Below, in pieces: positions 36,964 to 50,260 of a stretch of DNA of 64,000 bases. Position 1 is the stretch's first letter; the number at the start of each line of letters is the position of its first letter. The notes under the pieces are model-generated. The model ran no database searches and was not told where the DNA came from. It was given only the letters and a program-made list of their open reading frames with translations. Both the position numbers and the translations under genes were made by a program. The stretch spans positions 147,934,001 to 147,998,000 of the forward strand of contig CM059432.1 in the NCBI GenBank assembly GCA_030390025.1. The letters run 5' to 3'. Origin of the DNA: Squalus acanthias. Taxonomy: Eukaryota.

Positions 36964-37042
36964 ACTATAGCTATAGACCCCTTGATAGTGATGGTGTAGT
37001 GGGAGGATGTATAAATACAGAGATCAGGGAAGCAGAAACATT

Positions 37043-37782
37043 GGGGCAGAAATTCGTCTGTTGTCGGGTGAGTACACGCTGTGTACTCACCCGTGGACGG
37101 AATGAAAGTGCCGGTTTCTTGCATGCACTGCGCATGCGCGGGAAACCGACACTTCCGTTCCCCTGAGGAAAGGGGTTCAGAGGTCGAACGCGCACGCCGG
37201 AGGGCCAGCGCGTTCGCCTCGCACTTCGGGTTTTTTTACAGGTTCCTCCGTGAAGGAAACCACGGAGAAGATACACTTTTAAAAAGGAGGCGCAAGGCCT
37301 TCTTTTAACAAGGTAAGTGTTGATTTTATTAAAATTTAAATTTTTTTTCACAGATTTATCTTTTTTAATTACTTTAAAGAAAGGTAAGTTTAGTTTTAGC
37401 CCCGTTAAAAAATGTAATTAATTTTTTCAAAAATTTAAATTTTTGTTTAAAATAGTTAATTAATGTAATTTATAGTTATTTTAAAAATGTGATTTTTAAA
37501 AAAATTTATTTGTAGTTTTAGGTGTTGTTTTGGGGCCGATCTGTATTCATAGATTTGACAGGTCTTCCTGTCAAATCTATGAATGAAAGATGGTCTGCTG
37601 CCATTGGCTCTCCATGGCCCACGTGATCCCAGGGGACGCATCACACTAACTACGCCCCGGCAGCTGCAGGAGGCCCAGGAGCTGATGTCCCCGTGGGCCC
37701 AGAGGTCAACGGCAGGCGCGGTAGGTAGGTGCGCGCGCGATCCTTGCACCCGCGGGAAGCCAGGGAGCCGAATTTCTGGCCC
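37043..37782. mobile_element. Harbinger-type MITE with AT-rich core
   Basis: TIR GGGGCAGAAATTCG / CGAATTTCTGGCCC; flanks ATT/AAT. Confidence 0.78.
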
Positions 37783-38102
37783 AATGTGGTTATAATGGGT
37801 GATTTTAATTTTCACATCGACTGACAGAAGCAGAACAGCTCAAGTTGTAAAGGCAAGGAATGTCTAGAATGTATTCAGAACAGTTTTCTAGGACAATGGG
37901 GGTGGAGTTGGTCTTCGACGATCGCGCAAATCAGACAATAGCGAATCGGCAGCCCATTTACATCCTGCCCAATTTCCTTTTCCATTTAATTAGATGGAAA
38001 AGAAAATGTGAATTCAATGGAAAAGAAAGTCAGGTGGCGTGTAAAACATGCCATCGGTTAACTATCAATTTTAACAAATCCGTGCTGGCGTTCCTGAATT
38101 AA

Positions 38103-40830
38103 TTCACACTTGTCCAAGTGACTGTTAATTTTGTCCCGAATTATCGTTTCTAAAACCTTCCCCACTATTGAGGTTAAATTGACTGGCCTGTAGTTGCTGG
38201 GTTTATCCTTACACTATTTTTGAACCAGGGTGTAACATTTGCAATTCTCCAATCCTCTGGCACCACCCCTGTATCTAAGGAGGATTGGAAGATTATGGCC
38301 AGCACCTCTGCAATTTCCACCTTTACTTCCCTCAGTATCCTAGGATGCATCCCATCCAGTCCTGGTGACTTCTCTACTTTAAGAACAGCCAGCCTTTCTA
38401 TTACTTCCTCTTTACCAATTTTTGTCCCATTCAGTATCTCAACTACTTCCTCTTTCACTATGACTTTGGCAGCATCTTCTTCCTTTGTGAAGACAGATGC
38501 AAAGTACTCATTTAGTACCTCAGCCATGCCCTCTGCCTCCATGTGTAGGTCTCCTTTTTGGTCCCTAATCGGCCCCACCCCTCCTCTTAATACCCGTTTA
38601 ATATTTATATGCCTATAGATGACTTTTGGATTCCCTTTTATGTTAGCTGCCAATCTATTCTCATACTCTCTCTTTGCCCCTCTTATTTCCTTTTTCACTT
38701 CCCCTCTGAACTTATTATATTCAGCCTGATTCTCACTTGCATTCTCAACCTGACATCTGTCATACGCCCCCTATCTGTTTAGTCTTTCTGACTTTTGTTG
38801 CCCTACCTTCCCCCTCGTGGGAATGTACCTCGACTGTACCCGAACCATCTCCTCTTTAAAGGCAGCCCATTGTTCGATTACAGTTTTGCCTGCCAATCTT
38901 TGATTCCAATTTACCCGGGCCAGATCCATTCTCAACCCACTGAAATTGGCCTTCCTCCAGTTAACTATTTTTACTCTAGATTGCCCCCTGTCCTTTTCCA
39001 TAGCTAATCTAAACCTTATGATACTATGATCACTATTCCCTAAATGTTCCACTACTGACACTTGCTGCACTTGACCTACCTCATTCCCCAGAACCAGATC
39101 CAGCAATGCCTCCTTCCTTGTTGGGCCAGAAACGTACTGATCAAGAAAGTTCTCCTAAACACACTTCAAAAATTATTACCCCTCTCTGCCCTTTACACTA
39201 TTACTATCCCAGTCTATGTTAGGATAGTTGAAGTCCCCCATTATCACTCTATAGTTCTTGCACCTCACTGTAATTTCCCTGCAAATTTGCCCCTCTGTAT
39301 CCTTCCCACTAGTTGGTGGCCTTTAAAATACACCTAGTAGTGTAATGGCACCTCTATTGTTTCCTAACTCGAACCAAATAGATTCTGTCCTTGACCCCTC
39401 CAGGACATCCTCTCTCTCCAGCACTGTAATATTCTCCTTAATCAATACTGCCACCCCACCTCCTTTCTTTCCTTCCCTATCTTTCCTGAACACCTTATAT
39501 CTAGGAATATTTAATACCCAATCCTGCCCTTTTTTTAGCCAGGTCTCTGTTATCACCATGGCATCATATTCCCATGTGACTATTTGCACCTGCAGCTCAC
39601 CAACCTTATTCATCACGCTTTGTGCATTTACACACATGCACTGTAAACCTACCTTAGACCTTCTTGTATTCTTTCAGTCTGACCCCACCTAATACCGTAC
39701 TAATTCTTACTCTAGTGCTATCTGTCTCTCCCAATCCTTTGTGCGCCTTGTTTCTCCTTTCTAATGCTGCGTCCTGGTGCCCATCCCCCTGCCAAATTAG
39801 TTTAAACCCTCCCCAACAGCACTAGCAACCCTCCCCCCACTGCAAGGATATTGGTCCCGGCTCTGTTGAGGTGCAACCCATCCAGCCTGTACAGGTCCCA
39901 CTTCCCCCAGAACCGGTCCCAATTTCCCAGGAATCAAAAGCCCTCCCTCCTGCACCATCTCTCCAGCTTCATCTGCTCCATCCTCCTATTTCTATACCCA
40001 CTAGCTCGTGACACCGTGAGTAATCCAAAGATTACTACCTTTGAGGTCCTGCTTTTTAATCTCTTTCCTAGCTCCCTAAAATCTGCCTGCAGGACCTCAT
40101 CCCTCTTTCTACCTATGTCGTTGATACCGATATGGACCACGACCTCTGGCTGTTCACCCTCCCCTCTCAGAATGTTCTGCAGCCGCTCAGTGACATCTTT
40201 GACCGTGGCACCAGGGAGGCAACATACCATCCTGGAATCATGTCTGCGGCTGCAGAAATGCTTGTCTGTTACCCTAACTATTGAATCCCCTATCACGATT
40301 GTTTTCCTGATTTTCCTTCTTTCACCCCCCCCACCACCCACCACCCCCCCCCCCCCCCCCACCCCCCCCCCCTGTACAGCTGAGTCACCCATGGTGCCGT
40401 GGAGTTGGCTCTGGCTGTACTACCCAGAAAAACAATCGCCCTCACCAGTATTCAGTACCGATTAGAGAGTGAGATGCACTCAGGAGACTCCTGCACTACC
40501 TGCATGGTCCTCCTTGTCTGTCTGAAAGTCACCCATTCCCTCTCTGCTTGTACACTCTTATGCTGCAGGGTGACCACCTCTTGAAATGTGCTATCCACGT
40601 AGCTCTCAGCCTCACGGATGCACCGCAGTGATGCCAGCTGCTGCTCAAGCTCCGAAACCCGGAGCTTGAACTTCTCCAGCTGACAACACTTCCAGTACAC
40701 GTGGTTGTCTAGGACACAGGAAGCGTCCTGGAGTTCCCACAGGGTACAAGATGTGCATTCCATGGGTCTGAGGTGCCCTGCCATGCTTCTATTTAGTAGA
40801 CTATTAAATAACTTAACAGAAATAAACTCA
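38103..40830 (-). mobile_element. CR1 LINE 5' half (ORF1 with esterase, endonuclease, start of RT); same subfamily as 5180-7955
   Basis: ORFs 40452-40856, 39934-40392, 39323-39637, 38771-39106 and 38174-38698 (KSPGLDGMHPRIL, VPEDWRIANVTP). Confidence 0.92.
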
Positions 40831-40854
40831 AGACATATTAACCCATGTTTTTTC

Positions 40855-42790
40855 AAGTGACAATTAATTTTGTCTCGGATTATTGTCTCTTAAAGTTTCC
40901 CCCACCAGCGACGTTAGGCTGACTGGCCTGCAGTTATCGGGTTTCTCCCGCTCCTCTTTTTAAACAGTGGTGCAACATTTGCAATTCTCCAGTCCTCTAT
41001 CACCTCTCCCATATCCAAGGAAGATTGGAAGATTGTGGCCAGAGCCTCTGCTATTTCTACCCTTACTTCCCTCAGCAACCATTTGGACCGGGTGACTTTT
41101 CTGCTTTGAACGCTGCGAACCTTTTAAGTACCTCCTCTTTATCTATTTTTATCCTATCTAATTTCTCTATTACCTCCTCCTTTACTGTGATATTGGCAGC
41201 ATCCTCTTCTTTTTTGAAGACAGGTGCAAAGTTTTCATTTAGTACCTCAGCCATGCCCTCTGCCTCCACAAGAAATCTCCATTTCGGTCCCTAATCGGCC
41301 CCACCCTTCCATTGACTATCATTTATTTATTTATATGTTTATAAAAGACTTTAGTGTTCCCTTTTATGTTACCTGCTAATCATCCTCTTTTCCCCTCTTA
41401 TTTCCTTTTTCAGTTCTCCTCTGCACTTTCTGCATTCAGCTTGATTCTCTACTGTATTATGAATCTGACATTTATCATAAGCTTGCTTTTTCTGTTTCAT
41501 TTTAGTCTCTATGGGGGAGAAATTCAGTATCGCCCCATTTGGGGCGCAATTATCGGCCGGGCGCAAAGATTAGCGCCTGGCGCTAATTATCGCCACCGAC
41601 TGCAAACTTGACTTTTATCGCCCCTGGAGGTGATTGGAGCGCTAAATCAGGTGCTTCACACCTGTCTTAAGGCGCAAAGGCCGAGGAGCGAGGCGCTATC
41701 TCAGAGCGCTGGTGAAGCTCATGTGATGTCAGTCAGCAATGGAACACAGACACAATGGCGCCAGCCAGTTCTTAAAGGGGAGGGTTGATCTTGCTCTCCA
41801 TCCACATCCTGCTCATTGCAGCCTTGAATCTAGGCCTGGAGAGACCTGCACATCAAATCTGCTGGAAAGAACAATGGAGAGTACCAGGGAAAGAGCTCAG
41901 AGTGCAGCCTCCACAGTCTCTTCTAAATCGATACAAGGAAGGGCAAATCAAAATGAACCTGCAAAGTGCTGCTCAGTACCCAAAACTCATTCACACAGCG
42001 TTAAATCTCTCAAGAAGTCTCTCTCTCTCTCTCTCAGAATGCGTGGTTCTATGTCACCAACAATAAAAGGCAGGAAGCGGTCGCCTTTAAATAGCGCTCC
42101 CCCAGTCCCTTCCTGACTGCAAAACGCTCCCCTCAACCTGTCGTTGCTAGCGGCAGGCGGTAAGGCAGGGGGCGCCACTCAATATCCGCTCCGGGGCGAT
42201 ACCGGGGCGTTGCGCACTCGACTGACGTCATGATCTGCCGGCGCAGGAGATCATGGCGGTAGTGTTTAGCGCCGCCCCAAAATGTCTAGTTAATTTCGTG
42301 AGCGGCGCACACATCGCCACATCCGGGCGCTAGATGCTTTGCACCCCATTAGCGCCCTCTTAAGGAGCTAACGGGAGGCGCAACCAATTGAATTTTTCCC
42401 CCTATATCTTTAGTCATCCAGGGAGCTCTAGCTTTGGATGCCCTTCTGCTCCTCGTAGGAATGTGTCTAGTCTGTACCTGAACTATCTCCTTTTTGAAGG
42501 CCTCCCATTGCTCATTTACTGTTTAACTTGGCAATATTTGTTTCCAATCCACCTGGGCCAAATCCTTTTTCAGCTCACTTAAATTAGCCCTCTTCCAGTT
42601 GAGTATTTTCACCTTTGATTGTTTCTTGTCCCTTTCCATGGCTATTCTAAACCTGATGATATTATGATCACTATTCCCCAAATGCTCTCCCACTGAAACA
42701 TGCGCCACTTGCCCCACTTCATTCACCATTCCTCCCACTCCTTTCCCATTGCACTGTTTTTTCCAAGTCTATATTAGGATAATTGAAGTC
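40855..42790 (-). mobile_element. CR1 ORF2 fragment interrupted by a MITE
   Basis: HLGNSDHNIIRF; AEVLNENF..KSPGPNG. Confidence 0.85.
41513..42402. mobile_element. Harbinger non-autonomous element, copy 2
   Basis: TIR GGGGGAGAAATTCA / TGAATTTTTCCCCC; TSD TAT (41510-41512, 42403-42405). Confidence 0.88.
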
Positions 42791-42794
42791 CCCC

Positions 42795-43885
42795 ATTATC
42801 ACTACTCTATTGTTTTTACATGGATTGGTTATTGGTTGAGATGTAGGAGACAGAGAGTAGGGATAAAGGAAATGTTCTTTAATTGGCAGGAAATGATAAG
42901 TGGTTTTTACCTCGGGATCTGTACTGGGGTATCAACTTTTCATCATAATGAATTGGATGAAAGAATAGAGAGTTGTACATCCAAGTTTTTAGGTGACACT
43001 AAGTTAGGAGGTACAGAAAGTTGTGTAGATGGAAGCATGGAGTTACAAAGGGATATAGTTGGACTAAATGACAGGGCTAAGCTATGGGAGATGGACTTCA
43101 ATGTGGGGATGTATGAGAACATTCACTTTGGATCCGAGAAAGACAAATCATAATATTTTCTTAATGAAAGAGATTAGGAGCTGTGGAGAAGCAAAGGGAT
43201 GTGGGTGCCCATGTGCACAGATCAATAAAAGCATAAAAAATACCACAGGTAAAGAGTAATCAAAAAGGCTAATGGAATGTTGTCCTTTACATGAAGGGGT
43301 TGGAATACAAAAGTGAGGAAGAGATGCTTCAGTTGTGCCTTGGTCTGACCCCATCTGGAGTATTGCATTCAGTTTTGGGTACCTAACTTATTGGCCTTGG
43401 AGTGGGGATAGCACGGCTTCACCAGAATGATATACGACTTAAAGAGTTAAATTATGAGGATATATTGCTTCAACTTGATTTGAATTCCCTTGAGTTTAGA
43501 GGTTTTTGGAGTAATCTAATCAAGGCCTTTAAAATGATAAAGCGGTTTGATAGGATAGATACAGAGTAACTATTTCCTCTTGTGGAGAATCCAGAACAAG
43601 GGGGCATAATCTGAAAATTAAAACTAAACCATTTAGGAGTGAAATCAAGAAACACTTTTTCACACAAAGGGTAGTGGAAATCTGGAACTCACTCCTCAAA
43701 AGGCTGTGAATGCTGGGTCAATTGGAGTTTTCAAGACTGAGATAGATAGATTTTGTTAAATAAGGGTACCAAGGGATATGGGGCAAAGTTGATTAAATGA
43801 GGTTGAGGTGTAAATCAGCTATGATCTAACTGAATGGCAGAATAGGCTCAAGGAGGTGAATGACCAACTCCTATCTTCCTATGCA
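42795..43885 (+). mobile_element. Old degraded CR1 3' fragment
   Basis: WL..RRQRVGI, SKFLGDTKLGG and FFTQRVV..WNSL remnants. Confidence 0.8.
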
Positions 43886-44322
43886 CAGTTCAGCTGATTA
43901 CACCCATTTTACACAAGTTTGATATTAATGATTGCACCAATAGGAAAGCAAATGAGCAGACCCAGGAAACTCATTTGTAACTCCCACTGCTGGCCACTGG
44001 CAGGTGCAATTTTTTTAAACAGGGCAACAGAATTACAATCACTTCTAGGCCAAGATTTCCAATATACATAGATATAAATGGCACTGATTTATGAATACAA
44101 AAACAACCATTGATTTACAGTTTTCAGAAAAAAATTAACTTTCTTGAAATTCAATCCCCAAAGCACCAAAGATTATGCAATAAAATGTAATTTTAACTTA
44201 TTTGGTAAGTGTACATCAGGGACTCTCATAATCTATTGCTTTTACCTGGCAAACATTTCTATTGTTATAAAGCAGCATATCCACAAACTCACTCCGAGCA
44301 ATGCCATGGGAGATATATTAGT

Positions 44323-45470
44323 AGAACATAAGAACATAAGAAATAAGAGCAGGAGTAAGCCATACGGTCCCTCGAGCCTGCTCCACCACTCGGCCCCTCG
44401 AGCCTGCTCCGCCACTCAATAAGATCATGGCTGATAATCGACCTCAACTCCACTTTCCCGCCCGATCTCCATATCCCTTGATTTCCCTAGAGTCCAAAAA
44501 TCTATCGATCTCAGCCTTGAATATACTCAAAGACTCAGCATCCACAGCCCTCTGGGGCAGAGAATTCCAAAGATTCACAAACCTCTGAGTGAAGAAATTC
44601 CTCCTCATCTCAGTCTTAAATGGATTACCCCTTAGCCTGAGACTATGCCCCATAGTTCTAGACACTCCAGCCAGGGGAAACAACCTCTCAGCATCTACCC
44701 TGTCAATCCCCTTCAGAATCTTGTATGTTTCAATGAGATCACCTCTCATTCTTCTAAACTCCAGAGAGTATAGGCCCATTCTACACAATCTCTCATCATA
44801 GGACAGCCCTCTCATCCCAGGAATCAATCTAGTGAACCTTCATTGTACCGCCTCCAAGGCAAGTATATCCTTCCTTAGATAAGGAGACCAAAACTGTGCA
44901 CAGTACTCCAGGTGTGGTCTCACCAAGGCCCTGTAAAATTGTAGCAAGACTTCCTTACTCTTATACTCCAACCCCCTTGCAATAAAGGTCAACATGCCAT
45001 TTGCCTTCCTTATTGTTTGCTGTACCTGCATGCTAGCTTTCTGTGTTTCTTGCACGAGGACACCCAAATCTCTCTGAACACCAACATTTGAAAGTTTCTC
45101 ACCATTTAAAAAATATTCTGTTTTTGTATTCTTCCTACGAAAGTGAATAACCTCACATTTCCCTACATTATACTCCATCTGCCACCTTACTGCCCACTCA
45201 CTTAGTCTATCTATATCCCTTTGCAGACTCTTTGTGTTCTCCTCACAGCTTACTGTCCCACCTAGCTTTGTATCATCAGCAAACTTGGATACATTACACT
45301 CAGTTCCTTCATCTAGGTCATTAATATAGATTGGAAATAGCTGAGGCCCCAACACTGATCCTTGCGGCACCTCACTAGTTACAGCCTGCCAACCTGAAAA
45401 AGATCCGTTTATCCCTACTCCCTGTTTTCTGTCCGTTAACCAATCCTCTATCCATGCTACTAAACTACCC
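44323..45470 (-). mobile_element. CR1 3' fragment (RT C-terminal part and tail)
   Basis: PQGSVLGP, FADD, LVRPHLEYC; single stop at 44840; (AGAACATA)n tail; small internal duplication at about 44370-44418. Confidence 0.93.
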
Positions 45471-48400
45471 CCTAAGTAACAATATTTTCAGTATTAATGA
45501 CCAAACACTTCCAAACATGAGTAAAACCTGCCTGTCTTTAATGTTTATAATTGTACCCACTAAAGATAAGTCACAAATAATGTTAAATGAACTCATGCTA
45601 CAAATAAAATGGTGATTTTCTAAACTTAGAATACCACTAGCTATTCTCAGTGACTGCAATACACCTATCACAGTGCAAAGATACAATTATCGTCAATGTA
45701 CTAAATTTATCTTTGATACAGCAAAATGCCAGGAGTGAATGATAGATCCAATTGATGTAATGTCTATATTAATAAAAAGGTGAAAGGTAGTGATTTAATC
45801 TGAGAGTCCTGGTGATATCGATATGCAAGTTTTGTTGCACTTCTGCAGTTTGTGACATGGCTCTTAGGGTGAAAACATTGCCAACTTCGAATTTAGTCAA
45901 CTGAATTTTGTTAACTGACCTTTTTTTTAAATTTAAGGAATACACTGCAGTGAATATTGATTCCAGGGAAGAATTGAAGAAATAATTAGACCAATTGCAC
46001 AGTCAGCACAGTGTTTGGGTTAAAAAAATATTTCAGAGTCCTGGAAAGGGTCCGCATGATGGGAAGAGCTGGGTAGGTCCAATGAGCTTTTCCCCATTCC
46101 TACATTCTTTACAGGGTGTCATTGCACGACAAGTACTGGTCTCAGCTACAGCCGTTAGATTCGGCTTGCACTGCCGGCTCCGACCCACTGCCAATAGAAC
46201 GTGTGCAGGGAGTTACACATGTCAGACTCCACTCAGAAGTTAATTCAGTTTTAATGTTAGGACAGAGTAGATGGGAACAAGGACGGGTTTTTTTTACATT
46301 TAAAAGTATTGACATTTAAATGTATGAAGTTGTTTCTTTGTAATAATTGCCGGACAAAAAAACGGAAATATTTTGTGAAATAAGTAGTGGTCCTATGACT
46401 GCCTGAGAACTTTTTAAAAAAACTATGGCTTTAGACTGGGCTGGAGTTATACTGCAAAACCCAGGACAGTACCTCCTGCAGAAAGTCTCGCTCTCCGCTT
46501 TAGTGCACTGGGAGTGAAGATCGCTGCCTCACTCCTGGATCATATTTCCGCTTTCAAGTCAAAGCATTCTGAAATCTCCCCTCATCAACGTAGCTTTACA
46601 TCCCAGATATTCTCCTGCTGCGCCGCCTCGGCAGCACAGTAATGGAAATGAACAGACATCTTCACAATGAACTGGCTGCCCGCATCATTCTGGTATTTTC
46701 AGTGTGCCCTGTGTCAGATCTTCAAGGCCATTTCAATCTACTGCCTAAAGTCTTTCAGCTGTTGTCCTGAAAGAACGATTTTCACACCCCACTGAAGATT
46801 GGAATAAGGCAGAAATCCAATTAATTCTATATACACACACAATCATACCTGTCACATCTCACTTACTTCGAGTGATAGTTAGTGTTTGGTGAAGATATAA
46901 CCTGTGTCTCGCTCTGAAGCGATCACCGAGCGCAACCTCTCTGTATTGACCATGGGCGACAGTGTACAATTGGGAACCAGAAGGTCCTCAACATTGCACT
47001 GTTGTCATGTTGAGACTTTTAGAAGTAGTCAGCGGTTTTCTTTTACAAAACCGGTCACGGGGATGCGCACCATTGATTTCTTTTGGTTTATTAGCAGCGA
47101 TTCGCACAGTGCTATTTTTTTTCCCCCACGAAGGAACACAATGATCGTCCGAAAGGCAGAAACATACCTTTCCCCATTGACCTCAACCTCCAGCGCCGAA
47201 CCAGATACTGGAAACAGAAGGTTCTGAATGGGCTCCACTTCTTTTAGTAGCGCATTGGTTTGGTCAGATTTCCGAACACCCACCCTAACATGCTGCTAAC
47301 CAAGGATGGGAAGTTTAACAAAGCCTTTGATAACAGACTGACTTCCACCAGCACACTCCAGTCTCCTGACAACTTGCTATCTGGCAAATATGCTTACACT
47401 TCTGGGCACGACTGTGGAGGGAGGGAGAGAGAGACAAGGGAGAAAACTCCCTTAAACCAGCTCAGATAGAATCATCTAGACGGGAAAGAGAATAGGGTCA
47501 TTGGTATGATTTGACAATAAAGCGATAACGTGTTAGTGCCTCTGTAATTGCAACATTTTTAATGAATGTAGAAAACAGATTCGACTCATGAAATGTAACT
47601 CTGTCGCCCAAACTGTCTTCTGTTGCTTGCGAGGTGCTTGTCAAGTCATTTAATTTAGATTCACCGCGCATCCTGATTTATTTTAAACCAAAAGGCAAAA
47701 AAAAAAAATACAAAAGCAAAAAATAATAGCGCGCCGCGGAAATATTGAGTGAAATAAAGAATGGTTTGCGCTGAGACTTGTTTGTGAAATGTTCTGCCGT
47801 CCATTCTGGAACAGCCAGGATTCTGGAACCAGCTCCCAGAGGGACTGTGGCACCAGAGCTTGTAGCGCACTATGAAATGCCAGCCTCTCCTGTGAGATGC
47901 TATTGTCATCTTATTATTTTAATTTCAGCCACTGTAGACGCCGACAGATTGTTTGCAAAACGTGACACAGATGGATTTCTGTTTCTGTGCATTTGTAATC
48001 ATCTGTTTTATTAAATATTGTTTCACCAGTCAGGATAACCGTCCCAGGCATTGAGCTGAATGCGGTATATTGTTCCATTTTGTTTATACATGCAGTGGCA
48101 GAACACACAGGGCAAGTTTTTTAATGCATTAATACAGCCTAAAATGCCCATGTCTCAGTGGGTATTGCCAGTGGCGACTGCAAGCTCCGAGTGAGATACC
48201 GCTCAGAGCCGAACCAGGAAAAGGGGCGAATAAAAGGGAAATGAGTTTGGACTGGTCCCGTTCTTTACTAAACTCCACACTGGTTATCAGGATTGTCTAA
48301 TGATTTATGAAGTTTCAATAAAGAGCGCCGAAAATAACAATAATTGGAAGATTGCTGATGATATGAAATACTGTATCTGTGCTCTTCCCGCATTCAGTTA

Positions 48401-49559
48401 AATAACAACGTGCATTCTTTGGGAAAGAGCCAAACCTCAGCACTGCAGTTATATCCTCAATATATACTTTAAATCGCCTTGTACATGCTTTGGGGAAGAG
48501 TGTCAATGAACTGCCGCAGTTTAAAACCGAAGAATTGCCGAGAGTTCAATCATCGCCGGTGTATTAAATGCATTGCCCACTTCATTCCAGTTTTAAAAAA
48601 AGGCATTTTAAAACACGGATTAATATTTCTTGGTAACATATTCCATCTGTGCTGCGACCCGAAACCGTGTCTAGCTGTGGATGTCCCACTATAGAAAACT
48701 CCTTTTAAAGATTGCAATTTCACAGCCGACAAGGCCTCACAGTGGACAAACTAACCCAAGTGTGTTTCATGGTCCTTGCTCACAAGAAGAGGTATCACTG
48801 GGTGTGACTACAAAGTTTGGTGGGCTTCTTGTCTCTTCATGTTAATTCCAGTCAGGCGTGGGCCTCAACACATTTTCCTGAAAATACCAAGCCTAAAGGA
48901 ATAACAATTTAAATATAATTCAAACGTTTTCTTTCTTTTGTTTAGAATGCGAGTACTGGATGGAATGCTTCAATAAATTGTTGCAATACATTTTTTTTTA
49001 CAAGTTATATTTAATAAAAACAAGAAAGTTAACGTAAATGTAACTGCAAAGAGGTTAGCGTGTAGCAAACTGGAAATCTTTGGGAAACGATAGAAAGGCT
49101 TGTACATCGCGACAGAAGCAATAAGCACATAAAAACAGATTCATTGGGGAAAAAAAGTCACACACATACATCACAAATGTAGTTCCTGATATGTTTTGGC
49201 TCCAGCTCTTACAGGGCAACTATCAAGGAGATGGAGATGTCTGTGTACATGTAATGCACTAGCGGGAGAAAGACTGGTCAGTAAGAGAGCAAAATAAATA
49301 TTTAGTGACCCACTGCACGGCTCCGGCAGCACTGCAATCGGTATCTCAGAAGATCGAGGAACAGCGAACGCTGTAACATTATATAGGATCGGACTGTCGC
49401 ACCGACATAGCACACTGACATTTCCGGTCTGTATTATAATGTTGATAACCGGAGCCCTGTCATTTTGAATAGCCGACACTATTAGATTGGTGGACCATTA
49501 AATCATTGTTCGGACCCATGACTTCACGCTACCAAATTCTTCCAGACAGTCGCACAGCT

Positions 49560-49988
49560 AACCGAAACACAATGATAGTGATGAACGAATAAACCCACCT
49601 CGGTGGTGGCAGGTGACGTGGTTAATATTTACTAAAATATACACAGACACCATGCCATGTAGTAAATGGGTCAGCATTGGAATTTGATGCACTGGGTATT
49701 TTCTGCAGAGCGCTGGCACCTTACATTTCAATGAAATACAGTCCGAAGCCATCTTTGTTCACATCTGACATGGGCACTCTTAATATAACCACAAAACTTA
49801 AGATTTAAACAGCTCTACCTTTAGCACACCCAAAGTGTAAGTAATATTGAAATAATTGTTTATTTTTACAGACTCAAAAGAGAGATTTTCCCCCAGCCTC
49901 AATTCTGAATAGTTCACCCTGCCTTTCTGTGCCTGATTGATGCTGACATATGGAAGCAAGGGGAGTTTAATAAGGTGTAGGATGGGGA

Positions 49989-50020
<32 letters not shown>

Positions 50021-50260
50021 TGTGTCTCGTGCTTTTTTTTTTCGCTTTTATTTTAAGAGGCTAGCTAGCTGATCCTCCCGGCCTCCTTGCTGTCAGCTCG
50101 GCTGCCCCCGTGGAGATGGTGATAATATTTGATGTCTGTGGGCTGGCTGGCTGGCTGCTCCCAGCTCCTGTCTCCCTTAGGGGCGCAAGATGCCAGCGTC
50201 TTCACCTGCCAATCAGCGACGGCTGCCCGCCGACGTCAGCAGCAGATGGCATGGTACCAG
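49560..50260 (+). promoter_or_regulatory. Putative NEUROD6 promoter with E-boxes, CCAAT box and CRE-like site
   Basis: CAGGTG 49610, CATCTG 49762, CATATG 49947, CACCTG 50203, CCAAT 50209-50213, CGACGTCA 50231-50238, CAGATG 50243-50248; CpG-rich and immediately upstream of the exon-1 donor. Confidence 0.6.
49989..50025. repeat. (TG)14-CGCG-TGTGT microsatellite
   Basis: Read directly from sequence. Confidence 0.95.

Larger units (their letters stand above)
34890..37890 (+). mobile_element. Old CR1 (ORF1 end and endonuclease) interrupted by two DNA elements
   Basis: DGLHLN remnant; MNVRSIRNK..YDVVAITETWL..YRIFRKDR; resumes at about 36965 (YRP) and about 37785 (MGDFNF). Confidence 0.7.

Noticed and set aside
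26501..42116. Duplicated small gene (113 and 125 aa ORFs beginning MEHR)
   Set aside because: Both ORFs are inside two copies of the same MITE, cross a (CT)n tract, and overlap equally long ORFs in another frame.
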